DNA of 64,000 nt from Yuukianura sp. NJ FZ-2021 (Eukaryota). Below are positions 28,171-41,518 of the stretch, in pieces. The position numbers were made by a program, and so were the translations under genes. The notes below the pieces were generated by a model. The model saw only the letters and a program-made list of their open reading frames with translations. It had not been told where the DNA came from and did not search any database. Every line of letters starts with the position of its first letter. The stretch's first letter is position 1. The stretch spans positions 3,782,001 through 3,846,000 of the forward strand of contig CM102284.1 in the NCBI GenBank assembly GCA_046563655.1, given 5' to 3'.

Positions 28171-28986
28171 GAGCTCTTCATCTTTACAATTCAACGGCTT
28201 CCGTGAAATTCGGAAGCGATTTCCAGCATTTTCCAGCGCGGCTCACCCAATCCGCATTCCAGACCTACCCCTGAAAGTAACTCTGCTAAAGGACACAAAA
28301 CCTGTTTGAAATGACGACAAAATTTTGTTTAATAGTACTTAACCAATGACTTTGCAATTAACAAAACTTTTTGGTTGAATCTGGAAAAGTGGAATCTGGA
28401 ATATCAAATTTTTTATTTTTTAATTCTATTTTTTCCCGTCAATTTTTCTATTTTTAGGTCAATAAGTCAATGAGGTCACGAAATATTTAAATCCCACGTG
28501 CCAGTTTATGTGAATGACTGATGAGTAATACGGAAAGCAAAGAAGGCATTGACCTCTGCTGTACAATTTGTGTGCTACGGTTATGTCGAACCAAACGGGA
28601 CTCTAATCGTCCTGGACATTGTAATTGTCACTTCTATAATTAAGCCGAAACTGTATGTAACTTGATCAGTTGAAACATGTAAACTGATATGGAAATCAAC
28701 TAAATGGAATCTCTACTTCTCCCTGGATAAGAAATGTTGGAGCATCTCCAGAAAAAACCTTAACCAGGAGTTCCGGAGTGGCACAGTTATGTTGGATGGA
28801 CACACAAAATGGAAAGTAGAAATAAACAGTGACAGTGCCAGGAGGCAGTTGGAAGTTTAGAGTCCAACCTTAGTTGACCTCCCACAAGTCTCCGAACGTG
28901 ACCCAGTCTTACGTAGAGTGTTGACAAGGAAGGATATCCAACAGTCCACTGTCTGTTGTCTCCAAGTGACCACAAGGATTTTCAGG

Positions 28987-31900
28987 ATGTTCCACTCGTC
29001 ACTTGATAGTCAGGTCATCCAAGGCTTGACGGAACTCACAATCTCGGATACAATCTCCGAGTCCTCAGACAATGCAACGCTTATGTCCCTCTCACGTGAA
29101 GATTTGTCGCAAGTTGGAGCTGGACCGATTCGGGAAGACGTGAGAGTCAGCCGCAAGAAGCTGGAGACGCTCATTTTGAAAGGTCAGCACTCAAATTTCA
29201 ATTTCCTTAAAATCTTAGCATAACTGACCAGGGAATGCATAGTTGTGACGTTCATGCACACAAAGTTACGTTAGGATTGCTGCCGCAGATGATCGACTAA
29301 TGTCGTAGACCACACATTGACCTACGTAGCATTTCAATCACGTTCCGTTCAATTAGCACAAACATGTTTGAATTTCAGCACTTAAAGTTAGTTAACTATC
29401 ATGATTGTCACTTACACATGGCATCCTTTGGCGTCATTAGCAAGTTCATTGCCATCGGTGCGTCAATTGACGACTCCGTTAAAAAAGTAGGTCAACGACT
29501 TCGGTTCTGTTGTTGTTTAAATTTAAATTTAACTGCAATTCTTATTCTTGCGGATGTGGAGAGTATTGCCCTCAATTTACATAGGCTTAACATAGATACG
29601 CTTCCTGGAAATGGACATTCTTGTAGTATTGCATCAGAAGTCGCTTGTCGCAAACGAATTAAAAATAGCTCCAATTAGAATTTTCTCCAGGAGTCACTGC
29701 TCCTTTGGTGTAAGGCGGTATAGTAGCTCTCTACATTTTTAGCTCAACTGTCTTCAAGTCTGGAATTGTTAGCATTTTAGATGTTGTTGACCTCTGCGTA
29801 CTATGTTTAGACCAAATTCCATAAATTTAAGTTTCATGTGTAGCATAACCTAATTTGTCGATCGATGACCCCCAAATCCTGTCATTGTTGACTTTCCTTT
29901 CATGCTGGAGCGACCTAATCCCGTCAGCGTCGTATTTTTATCAATGGTCTCCACGCCTTTGAGAAAAAAGAGAGCAAAATAGTACCAGCGATGGAGTAAA
30001 TGACGTCATGATTTAAAAGTCAGCAGCAGAAGGTCACTGAACTTTGCATTGATGATGTCATAACTTCCGGAAGAGGGTAAGGTGGACTAAATGTCCCGTT
30101 CAGTATGGTATTTGTAGGGGTTGGGCAGGGATTTTTCTAAATGCCCGAATTGTTGGTCCACTTAAAAAATTCGGGTCATTGACCTTTGGAGACAAAGAAG
30201 ACAAAGAACTGTCAATGTCCTCTGCTGATCATCTGATTCGGAGTCTCAAGATTCCTTGTCAAAATCAGCAGTTCTTTGTTCAAACTTTGCTGGACATGGC
30301 TCGGTCCTCTTGACCTCTACCAATTACTAATTAAGTAGATTTTCTTAGAAAGTGACTAGTTTTTAGTAGGATTTGACTAAATAGTGAGATTGAGAGTAAT
30401 AGACATAATGGTTGACTGTAGTATTCCTGGAGATCTTCCAGCAAAGACTTTCCCTAGAAATCCGCTAGCTGCCTTCGCAGATGCAATGTTTCATCCAGCT
30501 ATTCACGAACGTTTGTTTTCTAAAATTCTAGAACGAGATGATGCTTTCACTGGCAAAGGATTCATTGAAGCTGTAAGTCAATTTTCGAAAACAAAAATCA
30601 TAAATTTTCAAAAATTTTGTATTCATGTGTAACTTTCTTTCTGTTGTCCTTAGGTTATGGAATCGACGAACACATATATCCAGTGGCCATCCCGGATGAA
30701 AATTGGAGCGAAGACAAAGAAAGGTGTCCATTTTTACTATTTACAAGGAAAAATTTCAGCTATGAATGTTTGAGATTTTAAAATTTTGAATTTTCTGAAT
30801 TCTAGACCTCTTTGTTCGGATTTATGGACATGAAGAAAATGAAGTCAGCGAAGCCAAAGCACAGATTTTCCAGGAACTTGGACCACAACGGGTATAGTTC
30901 GAGCGATGCCACGAATCTTAGAGACTGAAATTAAAAAAAAAATTTAGAAATTCAATTTTGATTGTTTATGTTTTTAGGATTTGAAGATTACGCTTAAAAT
31001 GGAGATCAGTTACACTGATCACTCGCATCTGATTGGCTGTCGTGGAGCAACGATTCGCGAGGTGATGGACGACACTGGTTGCCACATTCACTTCCCAGAC
31101 TCAAATCGCATGTCAAAGGAACACAAGAGCAACCAGGTTACAATTGCTGGGGCTGCGATTGATGGTGTGGAGCAAGCTCGTTCTCGTGTTCGGGTAAGCG
31201 GAAAATTTCAAAATTTCGGCGTTTCAATAATTTTCAATCATGGCTGATATTGTTTTTGTTTTTAGGAACTGAGCCCATTGATTTTTCAATTCAATTTACC
31301 GGTAATTCAAGCTCGATTTGACGTGCACAGGAACCCAGACGCTCACAACGTTTTCATTGACAACATTCAGACGAGTTACAACGTTATGGTATGGACGGCT
31401 TTGACTTTTTTTAAACTAAGAATCAAAACGTAGATTTTTTTTTAAATTCTTTTAGGTGACTGTTCATCCGCCGAACAAACTTCAGCAGACGACCATCGCA
31501 GTTAAAGGTTGCGAAATTGACCATAATCAAGTGAAGGAAGCAGTCGGAAGAATTATAAACTACTTTGCATGCGATACTCCGGTTAGTCACTTAATTCACA
31601 AATCACAACTTCAAAATTTTGAATTTTTGACATTTGATTTTTGAAAATTCCGTTTTCAGGTTTCTGCAATTTTGGTTGAGTCTACAATGGAAATTACGCC
31701 TATTCAACACGCATTTGTTCGCTCCGTGAACGATTCCAACATTCACGCAATCATGATGGGCACTGGAGCTAAAATTGTGTTTCCAGATTTGTCTGATGGA
31801 AACATTCAGCACATCAAGCGATCACGGATCTTCATCACTGGAGAGTTGAACAGCGTCTACTTGGCTCGCCAGCAACTGATTGTTAGCATACATTTTTCAA

Positions 31901-33235
31901 GTTTTTTTTTGTCGAATTTTAAAAGAATATTTCTGAACTTTGTTGCAGGGATGTCTTCCGCTTCGGATGATCTTTGACTTGCCTGATCCGTATCCACTTG
32001 AGTGGGAAACTATTCGTCAAATTTGTGCTGAGCGGAATGTCAACGTCAAACTGATCAACAGCAGCCGAACTCGTTCTGGACCAAACTCTGGAGCAGGGTC
32101 AGGACTTCCGCCAGTTCCTGGACGTGGACGTACTGTGCAGCTCATAACGGCTGAGCGAAATACTGGAAATCTCATTGAATCTCGACGTAGGATTTTGGGT
32201 GGAATTGAACAACCAAAAATTGCCAGAATTCCACAAACTTATTTTCTGCGTCACATTCAACCACCACCAGGTACAATGTTCGAACACGCATTCGCAGCAT
32301 TTTGACAAGCAACTTCTTAAACAATCATGCAAATTTTCATGTTTCTAAAATGAATTTAACGTTTTCCTAGGACTTGTGCCGTTTGCTGGTAACTTGGCAC
32401 CGATGATGCTCAATAGTCCAAACATGCTGTCTCCAGTGCTGTCTCCATCGTTTTGGCCACCCACGCCATTTTCAACGCAGTTCTGTTCACCACATATGTT
32501 GCATCTCCAGTCTGGACATCATGATCAATCATTGATGGGTACTGGATCAATTACTCCAGGAGCTGGACATCGTGGAAGATCATTCCAAGGGCTTATGCCG
32601 CACAAGTACGGAAGAGACTTCGGTGCAGGACTTGATGGACGCAGTCCAGTGGGCATGCGCACTCCGAACTTTCATGGAAGTCCATTGGCTCCTGTCAATT
32701 TGTTGCCACAATTTGACTTTCAGCAAAATCGTCGAGCTCCAGGATTTGAACGCTCAAATACAATTTCAGACTTTTTTGTCTATCCACCAGCAGAGGACGA
32801 TAATCGACACAACCCGATGAAGGACAAGAAATATTTGGCAGAGAAGGGTAAATCTAAAAATTATTGACCTTTGACCCGGTCTCAATGCCAAGGTCATATG
32901 CGTGTTCAACTTCCACCTTAGTAGATTCTAATTTGTTTTGAAATTTTGTAGCAATGTATTCGCGCGTAACCAATCGACCACGAACGCCAACTCTTCGGTG
33001 GGCTGGATATGGCTTTAGCAAGACCGTTACAAATTTGTTTCCGACTGAAGAACGGACTGCACAGAGTGACGCATCAGAATCGGACGTCGTCGGCCAGGCA
33101 CAGGAGGAATCCGGAACTTCAGACGAAACACCTTGGACTAAGACTTTGAACAGTGGCACTCACTATGATCTGAACAACAACGTAGCTACGGACGTAAATT
33201 ATGACGCAAAGTACTACGAGACGCACGACGTTTAA
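28987..33235 (+). CDS. BicC: Bicaudal-C family KH-domain RNA-binding protein; no SAM domain seen
   Basis: RVSRKKLETLI, IQWPSRMKIGAKTKKD, ITLKMEISYTDHSHLIGCRG...IHFPDSNR...KSNQVTIAG, VYLARQQLIGCLPL, RTPTLRWAGYGFSKT. Confidence 0.9.
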
Positions 33236-34403
33236 AAATACAGTTCATGAAATCTTTATTCGTAATAAATATTTCTATTTATAGTTTAACTTAATTCGTT
33301 CAGGTTGGCTTAGTTCTCATTTTTACATCTTCCATGTTCTGTTGCATCTTCACAACAAAAATTGTTTAAATCCTGGCAAAATTGGTTTAGCACAAGCAAA
33401 GAATAGTAGTAGACACTAACCTAAACTCGAATTTGAGTAGAGTGAAAGCAGGCTGGCGAAAGCGAAGAAATGAGTATAATCGAAAGTTCAAATTTTTAGA
33501 TTGTGAATTTTTAATTGTGGCAATTTTGAATTTGCAAAATGCAATTTACTAGTAAACATCAATACAAACTGGAAAGCGTCATCTGCTGAAGGAGCGCGTT
33601 ATTTTGAAAAGGAATCCTCCCTCCCCCGGGGTCAACTCCCGCGTCCCCCTCGCTCCCCTCCCTCATCCGGTACTGTTCGGCATCTGGTTGACAAAAACCC
33701 GCAAGACACAGTTGTATCCTGGGATTTCATTGTTTCTTTCGTTCTTTTTTTATATGGATAAAACATACATAAATATATGTTACATGTAGATGTATTAACA
33801 TTGATTAAATAAACATTCAACTGAAATCTAACTCTTGAACGTCCTAGATTAGATAAAAATTCATCTGAATTCTAAGTCATAACTCTAAAATAAAGGCTTC
33901 ATAATAATAAGGCTTTATACAATTTATGGTAACTTATTCATTTAAATCAGTCAAATTACTAAAAGTAAGCTATTAAACTGACTTAATTCGAAAGCCAGTA
34001 GCCAGTCGATTTGGTTACGCAACCGGGCCACCGGGCGCAGGGTGGATACAACATGGTTCGTCTTGTTTACTAGAACTAAATTTCGCTTTTTAGTTTGATT
34101 CGGGCATTGCAAATTCATTTGCTAATTAATATTCAGTGTCAAACATTACAAACACAGCGATTAACTCCATTCACCGACAACGATTTGTGATCGTAGATAA
34201 CTTATCAGAAGCATTAGAATTTGGTAAGTTCGTTATTAAAAAAGCCTCTGATGGAACTGAAACTGAATAATTACTGGGCCTGCTTGTGATTGTAGAAAAT
34301 CTAACTTGAATGTTGATTCTGTGATCTGATACTAAAAAACTAAAATAATGATTGACTACATATTCGTAGTTTTTTACATTTGGTATGTTGATTACAGGGA
34401 GTG

Positions 34404-35884
34404 ATGGAAGTCGTTCAACTGGTGGAAGTGACTGGTCAAGGTCACCAAGTGATGGAGAATTTTGAGGATCTGATTCTGACTGTTGTTCCTGAGGGGCAAG
34501 AAGCAGAAGCTTTAGCGGCTGCTGGATCGAGCGAAGGGCAGCGAACAATTGTTGTCACCGAAGTTCGTAACAATCCTCAAGAGGAAGATGACAGCAAGAA
34601 TAAGCAAATAGAAAGTTTACAAGGCAGAGTTGAACAACTAGAAGACCAAGTCCATTTCTTGGAAGATGAGTTACGAATTATGCGACGAAAAATTCATGCC
34701 AGCATGCCGTCAAATAGCTACAATACTATTCGGCGAACTGTACTTGAAGTTCTGAGTAAACAAACGTTGAAGGTATCTCTCTCAGATTTTGAAGATGAAA
34801 TGGGTACGTTCACTTTTAACTCCAAAGCACACATTTAAACTACCTATTGTTACGCTTGTTTACGTTTTATTTTATATTTATATCATCACATTGTTTCTAG
34901 CAGAGTCGGAAGAACCAGTCGGACGACCCCATCAGAATCAAGGACAGAAAAGACGCAGGTATGAGAATGGATTCTCTGACGAAGAAGAAGATGATGATTT
35001 CAGCGACGATGAACCAATAGGGAGAGAACCCCGAGTTCGTAAACGTAGACGTCCGGGTCGTCCGCCGAAGGGATCAACCCGGAAGCGTAATTAACTCATC
35101 CACACAATTTAGATGTACATTTTTGAAAACGCACTAAGTAGTTATGACTAAACCTGTGTCACTTGAAATTGCTTTGTATAGCCAAGACGTTTCGTGTAGA
35201 ACTGACTCCGCCTCCACCTAAGGTCAGTCGTCCGAGGGGAAGGCCGCGGCGGGTAGCCAAACAGGAAGAGGATCTGCCGAACGCTGAAACTGAAGAGAAT
35301 ATGGACTCACGTAAGTTATTTACTTCACCGCTCCACTACTGGTTGATTGCAAGCGCCTTTCCAAATGGTTAGTCTAAGTCTAAGTTTACTAGTTTTTAAT
35401 TTAGATATTGAGCACACCATTGAAGACGATGTTGAAGCTAACACAACAGCGGAAGTGGGAGCCGAGGATGGTGAACCAAGCTTCATCATTGAAGATAACC
35501 TGGAAGAAGACATGCAGGAAATCCATGCTGAGGCTGAAACGCAACAGATAGAAGCTGAAGCTGAGCCTGTACCGGTTACTGCTACGAAGACGGCTGCCGT
35601 TGCAGTCGCTGAGGTCAAAGCAGTGACTAAACCGGAACCAGCCGACGATTCCAAACCAGCGTCTCCGGCAAAGAGAGGTAGACCTCCCCGCGCAACTCCA
35701 CAAGCCCAAGAGGTCAGTGAGTCAAATACAGTCATCGTTAAGCGTAATTAGTATACTAAAGTAATTGATTCAGCGAATAAGCAAAAACGTTTCTTTGCAG
35801 CAGGTTGAGGCGTCGACACCCACCCCGGCACCCGTGCGTGTATCCACGCGTGCACGAAAGATTTCCAGGAAAGCCAGCGATTAG
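34404..35884 (+). CDS. Acidic protein with a coiled coil and AT-hook-like motifs (about 5 exons)
   Basis: Heptad stretch KQIESLQGRVEQLEDQVHFLEDELRIMRRKI and motifs RRRPGRPPK, RPRGRPRR, KRGRPPR. GT-AG junctions are phase-consistent; stop TAG at 35882-35884 and AATAAA at about 35975. Confidence 0.75.
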
Positions 35885-36175
35885 AGTAAAACTTGACTAA
35901 TATTTGGATTCCAAAAATTAATTTAACTCAGCAGAGGACTCCATGTTCTGCTGAAGACATGTTTTTCATTTTCCAATAAAATAGACATTAATTAGCAGTC
36001 AGTGTGTATTCAATTGTATGTGGTTTCATTAAAAGTTATGAAAATAAAACACTTTAATTTCTTTTGCTGCTAACCTTGTTTTAGCATAAGGTTTATCTAT
36101 TGATATTTTCATCTTAATCTCCTCAGTGTTCTTGTTTCACGCTTAATAGCATCTGAGACCGGGTTAGTTTTCATT

Positions 36176-37740
36176 TCAATTTCGAGATGCAGCATTTTGG
36201 ACTCGTTCGTACAGCACCTTGCACATTTCATTTCTAGCCATCACAAAGAATGTTGGAACGCCTTTTTCAGGGAGTTCGAATCTAGAAGTATCAAAATCAA
36301 AATGAGGAACAATTATTATCAAATTGGAAAGTTCCGGAAGCTTAAGCTTGCTTGACTGCGTCGACTTAACCCACCGTTGATCTTGTAGCACTTCCAGTAG
36401 AGTTTGCGCAGGATCAACCTGGATGTAACCACAAGTTTGGAAGTCGACGTAGTAGATGTCCAGTATATCAGAACGATACTCGTGAGCCAAATCCCAAGCA
36501 GGACTTTCATTGTCAAACATTTCTACTAAATGTTCTAAAAATCTAAAACAAAACAAGCAAAAAGTTAGTTTTTATTCGGAATTTTGTTGAATATACTTGC
36601 GGTTATTGGTTTTCTTACGTGGAATTTTCATGGAAAGATTCAATGAAGTCGGACTGAGAGTACTGCGGATAGCAAAAGAACGTTGGCCATTCCAGACAAC
36701 CATCTTCTCCAATTTTGACATGTTTGCCGGGTTCTGTTTCTTCATTCAAAAACTTGGAACTTCGACACTTAATCTTCCGTTTCCTCACTTCCGCCATAAT
36801 TTCCTCAAACATCTTTGCCCCGGCTCTCTTTTTGAACTCGTTCTTCCGATCAGTAGCATCATTCAGTTTCTACAAAAAAAAATCAAGAAGAGTGACACTT
36901 ATTAGTCCATTCAAATTCAAAAAATTTAACAGCTTCGGTAACAATTTTTTTTAAAAATTACCATGTTTCGAATAGCTAAAAGTCTGAGTCTCTCAACCTC
37001 TGAATTTTTAGGCTGGAGTTGTTCAGCTCTTGTGCAAAAGTCAAGCGCCTTTTTCCATTTTCTTATTTTGATGGCTGCTTCAATCGCTTTAAAGGTTGGT
37101 TTAAAGTAATCACTGTTGTAGGAAATGGACGTCTCGCAATCCAGAAGGCACGATCGGTAGTTCTCTAAATGAAACTGAGCAGCAGCTCTGTTATTGTACA
37201 GTTGAGCAATCAGTTCGTTCGTTTGCTCTGTCTTGTTTTCAATGGTCATTGCTATTCTAATAGCTTCCGTGAAACAGGCAACTGCAATTCGATACTTTTT
37301 CAACTTGAAATGAAAGTTGCCATCTTCCTTGTAATTGAGAGCAAGTTCCTCCGGTTCGTTGTCATCTTCTGAGTATTTCAGTTGCTGCAGAGCTTCTAGC
37401 AGTGGCGGAAGTGGTTCACCATCTTTCGGCATTTCCTTCATGAAAAATGGATGCTTCTTCAGCTCCTAAAAAATTAATCAAATGTGGATAAGTAAGCAAA
37501 TCAAAATAGCTGTAACTTTTATCTAAGTCAAATCAAGTGTGACGTGTCACGTACTTCGTCCAGACGGGTTGGATCCCATCCGTCTGTGTACTTGATTCCT
37601 CTCCTATGCTGCGGAATTGCATCTATTATGGCATCCATGTCAAATGGATTCCCATCCGTGGACATATTGAAAGGTTTTGCTAATTCATTGACATCAAGCA
37701 TTTGCTCCACATCCTCCGTAGTTTTATTAGAAGAAGCCAT
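36176..37740 (-). CDS. TTC4: TPR co-chaperone TTC4/Cns1 (Dpit47-like)
   Basis: HPFFMKEMP...LLEALQQLKY, ALNYKEDGNFHFKLKKY, LYNNRAAAQFHLENYRS, LEWPTFFCYPQYSQSDFI, PAWDLAHEY. Confidence 0.92.
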
Positions 37741-38552
37741 TTCTAGCCACAACGAAGACGAACTAGCAGCTTCCTCGTAGCTCAACTTCCTGTGCGCAAC
37801 CTAAAATAAAATATAAACCAAAATCAAAATCAATTATCCGTTGCATTGCATTGCATTTCGAAATGTTGTAATTAGCACAAATGAGGTTGAAGGAAAATGG
37901 CCCACCTAGTAAGGTATTTACGACCAACGTTAAGTCCTCATTCCGAAAACAATTTCCGTCGACAGCAAAGAACACAATAGAAACCAATCTCTACAAACAA
38001 ACTACTCCATGCATGTAATTCGAATGAAACCAATTCAAAAATTGGAAAGTGACGCTTTGTTTTGAAATTAACGAAGAAGTTTTACAGGCATCTGCAAGTG
38101 TAAACCTTAAAAGCATCATCCATCCTAGACTAGAAATTACAAGAAAAGCTTAAAAAGTGAAATCTGAGGAAATCACGATCATTTACGAACTTTTACAAAT
38201 TCTGCAAATGTTAATTAATAATCTAAGAAGGAAGAGAGACCCCAAGAAGCTTTTCCTGCAATAGATGCCAAATTGTACAAATCTTTTAGCAATTCAATTC
38301 CACAGTGGAATTTCCACTCCACCTCTGATGTTTATGGCGGAATAAAACAATTGAATGTTATTCTCTCTTCCGGTGACTTAAGGTTCTTGCATAATAAAAT
38401 CAAAGGCGGTGTCACTCTTAATTTTAATGAAGAAGAATTTTGACGTTGTGAAAATAAGTTTATGAGATCACCTCTACCTGTCTCAACATTTCCAAATGAG
38501 AGTTTATAAAGAAAAGATTTGGACAGTTTCTGGAACAGTTGCATTTTTAGAA

Positions 38553-40227
38553 ATGGCAAAGTTAAGAATGTTCTTCGTATTGCTATTTCCTCTAGTCCAA
38601 GCTACCATAAGATCATCAAGTACTTTCAACTCTCCGCACCATTTTGGATTCAGTTCACAATTCCTAAACAATTCGGACTCTGGATTTGGATTTGTACCGT
38701 CAAGGGAATTTCAGAGCCACCTCCAGTATCCTATTCCAAATTCAACACCCTATCCAGCATTCCATGTTCCCCCAAACACATTCACTCCACCTCTGTTTGA
38801 ACAAGGTCAGTTATATGCTGGACCTGGACCAGGAGATGCTGCCAACCCTTCTGGAATTTACGAACGACAATACTTCCCCCAACGAGGATTTTTCCAACCC
38901 ACGGTGTCCCTTCCATTGGGATACTTCCCAGCACATTTCGGCGGGACAAGTACAACTGTTCCGTTTCCAGGAAATAGCCCTTATTCCCTGCCTAGTTCCA
39001 GCACTCCGCCTTCTACTCCGCAAATACAACTGGCCCCACCAGGAAAACTGAACCTTAAGCATTATTTCTCTCCAGAAATAGACTATTACTATCCACGACA
39101 TTTCCCACCGCTACCTCCACCGCCAGTCCCACCAAGGTTTCAGGAGGGATTTGACTTCGGATTTCTACCTACGCAAGTACGAGTTCCTGGAACTATTCAG
39201 ATCAACTTCATCGGGAAAGATGCGGAGATTACTTGCGAGTTTCCAAAGTATTTGATCCTGGTGCAGGTGAATGAAATCTAAACGAATCACAACAATTAAT
39301 TGATTTTTTAAACGTTGGCTATGCCTCTGGTTATAGGGAATCTACTGGCACCACAAATACATCCATGACCCCTTTGGATCTTACTTTGACACCCAGAATG
39401 GATTTGGTGGACACACAACAGTCCGTTCCATTGACAAGTGGAAATCTGTTTTGCTCATCCAGGATTTCGGTGCTGATGATCACGGAGTATATCGCTGTAT
39501 CTCTAGTGCAGCGATTCCGGCCGAGTCAGAAAAAGCACCACAGACGCCTCCAGTTCCTCAATCTTTCGTGACACTCCCAACTCGGGCAACTTTTGGACAC
39601 AATTTTAAACTAATGCCAACAATGGCCATTCCAACGCCAGGATCTCCGCAACCATTTGGACTGAAGCCACCGATGGGGTCCACACTTCCGGATCACATGC
39701 CTGATGACACAATGTCTGATGATGGAAACAAAAAGAGAGTGTCACGGTATACCAAGAACAGTCGAAAAATGCGATTCCCTCCTCCTCTACAAGAAACAAA
39801 AAACAGAGTCAAACGTCAGCAATCAGCGTCTTCGGAAGATGACAAACAACTACTCGAAGAAAGTAGAGGATTCTTCAGTCTCTTTCCTAGTACTCCATAC
39901 GGATATTCAGATCCAGGTTTCAATTACAATCGTCTAACTAATCCGTACGTAGATCTGTTCCAGCAGCAGAAAACCTTGGAGAAGGAAATTCACCAGCAAC
40001 AGGACCGTCATTTGCCATATCCATGGGGATATCCAGGATTTGGCCTCCAATTTTTTCCGCCAATTGCTCCACCAGTTCCGCAACCGTATCCTACACCTGG
40101 ATATGGACTTAATATTCCTTATTATAAACCAACAATTTCATATACGACAATTTACCAAGAAATTAAATTTGAGCCAGACGGAGGTGCCGGCGGATCATCC
40201 ACAAATAGAGGCTGGCGTCGAATCTAG
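38553..40227 (+). CDS. Secreted Pro/Phe/Tyr-rich protein with a single Ig-like domain (2 exons, intron about 39267-39336)
   Basis: Signal MAKLRMFFVLLFPLVQA. Ig motifs GKDAEITCEF, IYW, LLIQDFGADDHGVYRC. Confidence 0.75.
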
Positions 40228-41203
40228 AAACCAGGCATCCTATAAATATCAGTTCAGTTTTTAAACGCCTCGTAATTTTGTTAGCTTAGCAAAACAAACA
40301 CTAGAATTACATCCTGTATAAAAATAAAGTTGCTCCCCCCCCCCCCAATTTTGTAAACAATCCGCTAAAGTTAACGTACCTTATGGTATGGCGGACGTAT
40401 CTCGATTCTCTCTGACGTCCAGATTCTTGTGGTTTTCGAATATACTAATAATAGTTAATTAATCTATAATTAAAATAAACTTTAAATCAGAAACGATAAA
40501 TTTAACTCCACAAACCAAGACCAAATGGAAATCACATAAAAAAAACCACATAATTAAATTTGATTTTGAAATAAGATTTTCCCGCGATTTTGGTTTGTTT
40601 ACACCGCAAAGTTGTAGCACCTCCTTTTCAACAGAGAGATTAATCCACTGATTCGGCGATTCAACTGACGTCTTTGAAATCGAAAGGTAAAAAAAACTAT
40701 GTAATAATCCCATTTTCTATAAAAATTCATTAATCCAATAATTAATTTTACAATGTACTTTTACTAAAATAATAATGACAAAATTAATACGATAGTTACA
40801 ATAACTTATGTAACTCGTTGAAGTCACAAACGTGAGGCAATACAATTCCTGAAAATACTGATTTCAATTTCCTAGTTAAGGAGAGGCATCAGGTCAATAA
40901 AACTAACGTCAAAGAATGTTTTGTCGACATGGCAACGACTGAGAACTGAGAATTTACAACTACGTAATCACGAAAAACCCCAACGGGTGGATTCTTTACC
41001 ATTGAAATTTTGCACAACTCAAGCTAACTCGCGAATCACCGAGTTAAATTTCAAATCTGAGAACCATTTGCGGGTTTTCTAAAACTGTAGGATGAAGTGG
41101 GTGAGCTATTTCTTAGCCTCAATTCTCAGGTTGCCCCAACTCTTGGTGACGTAATACGAAATTGTAAATTGTAAACACAAAATTCGTGAACTCTGACCCA
41201 ATC

Positions 41204-41518
41204 TTCAGGTGCATTTCCTGACTGATTGGTAGGAGCCTCAGAAAACTACGACCACACTTTTCGTATTAGCTAACGCTGCTCCACATCTTGAACATCTCCT
41301 ATTTGACGAATCTTCGACCGTTTTGCCATGCGGAGCAAAAAAAGGCAAAAATCCGAGGATTTCTCAAACGTCTTCCAGAAAACCTATGTTTTCTGGACGA
41401 AGGGTTCTGTTTTCGTCCGATTGCAAATGTTCGATATGTGGAGCAGCGTATGCTAGTACGAAAAGTGTGGTCGTAGTTTTTTGAGCGCCTAACCAATCAC
41501 TCAGGAGATGCACCTGAA
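41204..41518. mobile_element. Foldback/MITE-like element with imperfect arms of about 105 bp
   Basis: TTCAGGTGCATTTCCTGA...AAAACTACGACCACACTTTTCGTA...CGCTGCTCCACAT pairs with ATGTGGAGCAGCG...TACGAAAAGTGTGGTCGTAGTTTT...TCAGGAGATGCACCTGAA. Confidence 0.85.

Noticed and set aside
30080-30180. Small inverted repeats in BicC intron 1
   Set aside because: Short and imperfect, with no definable termini or TSD.
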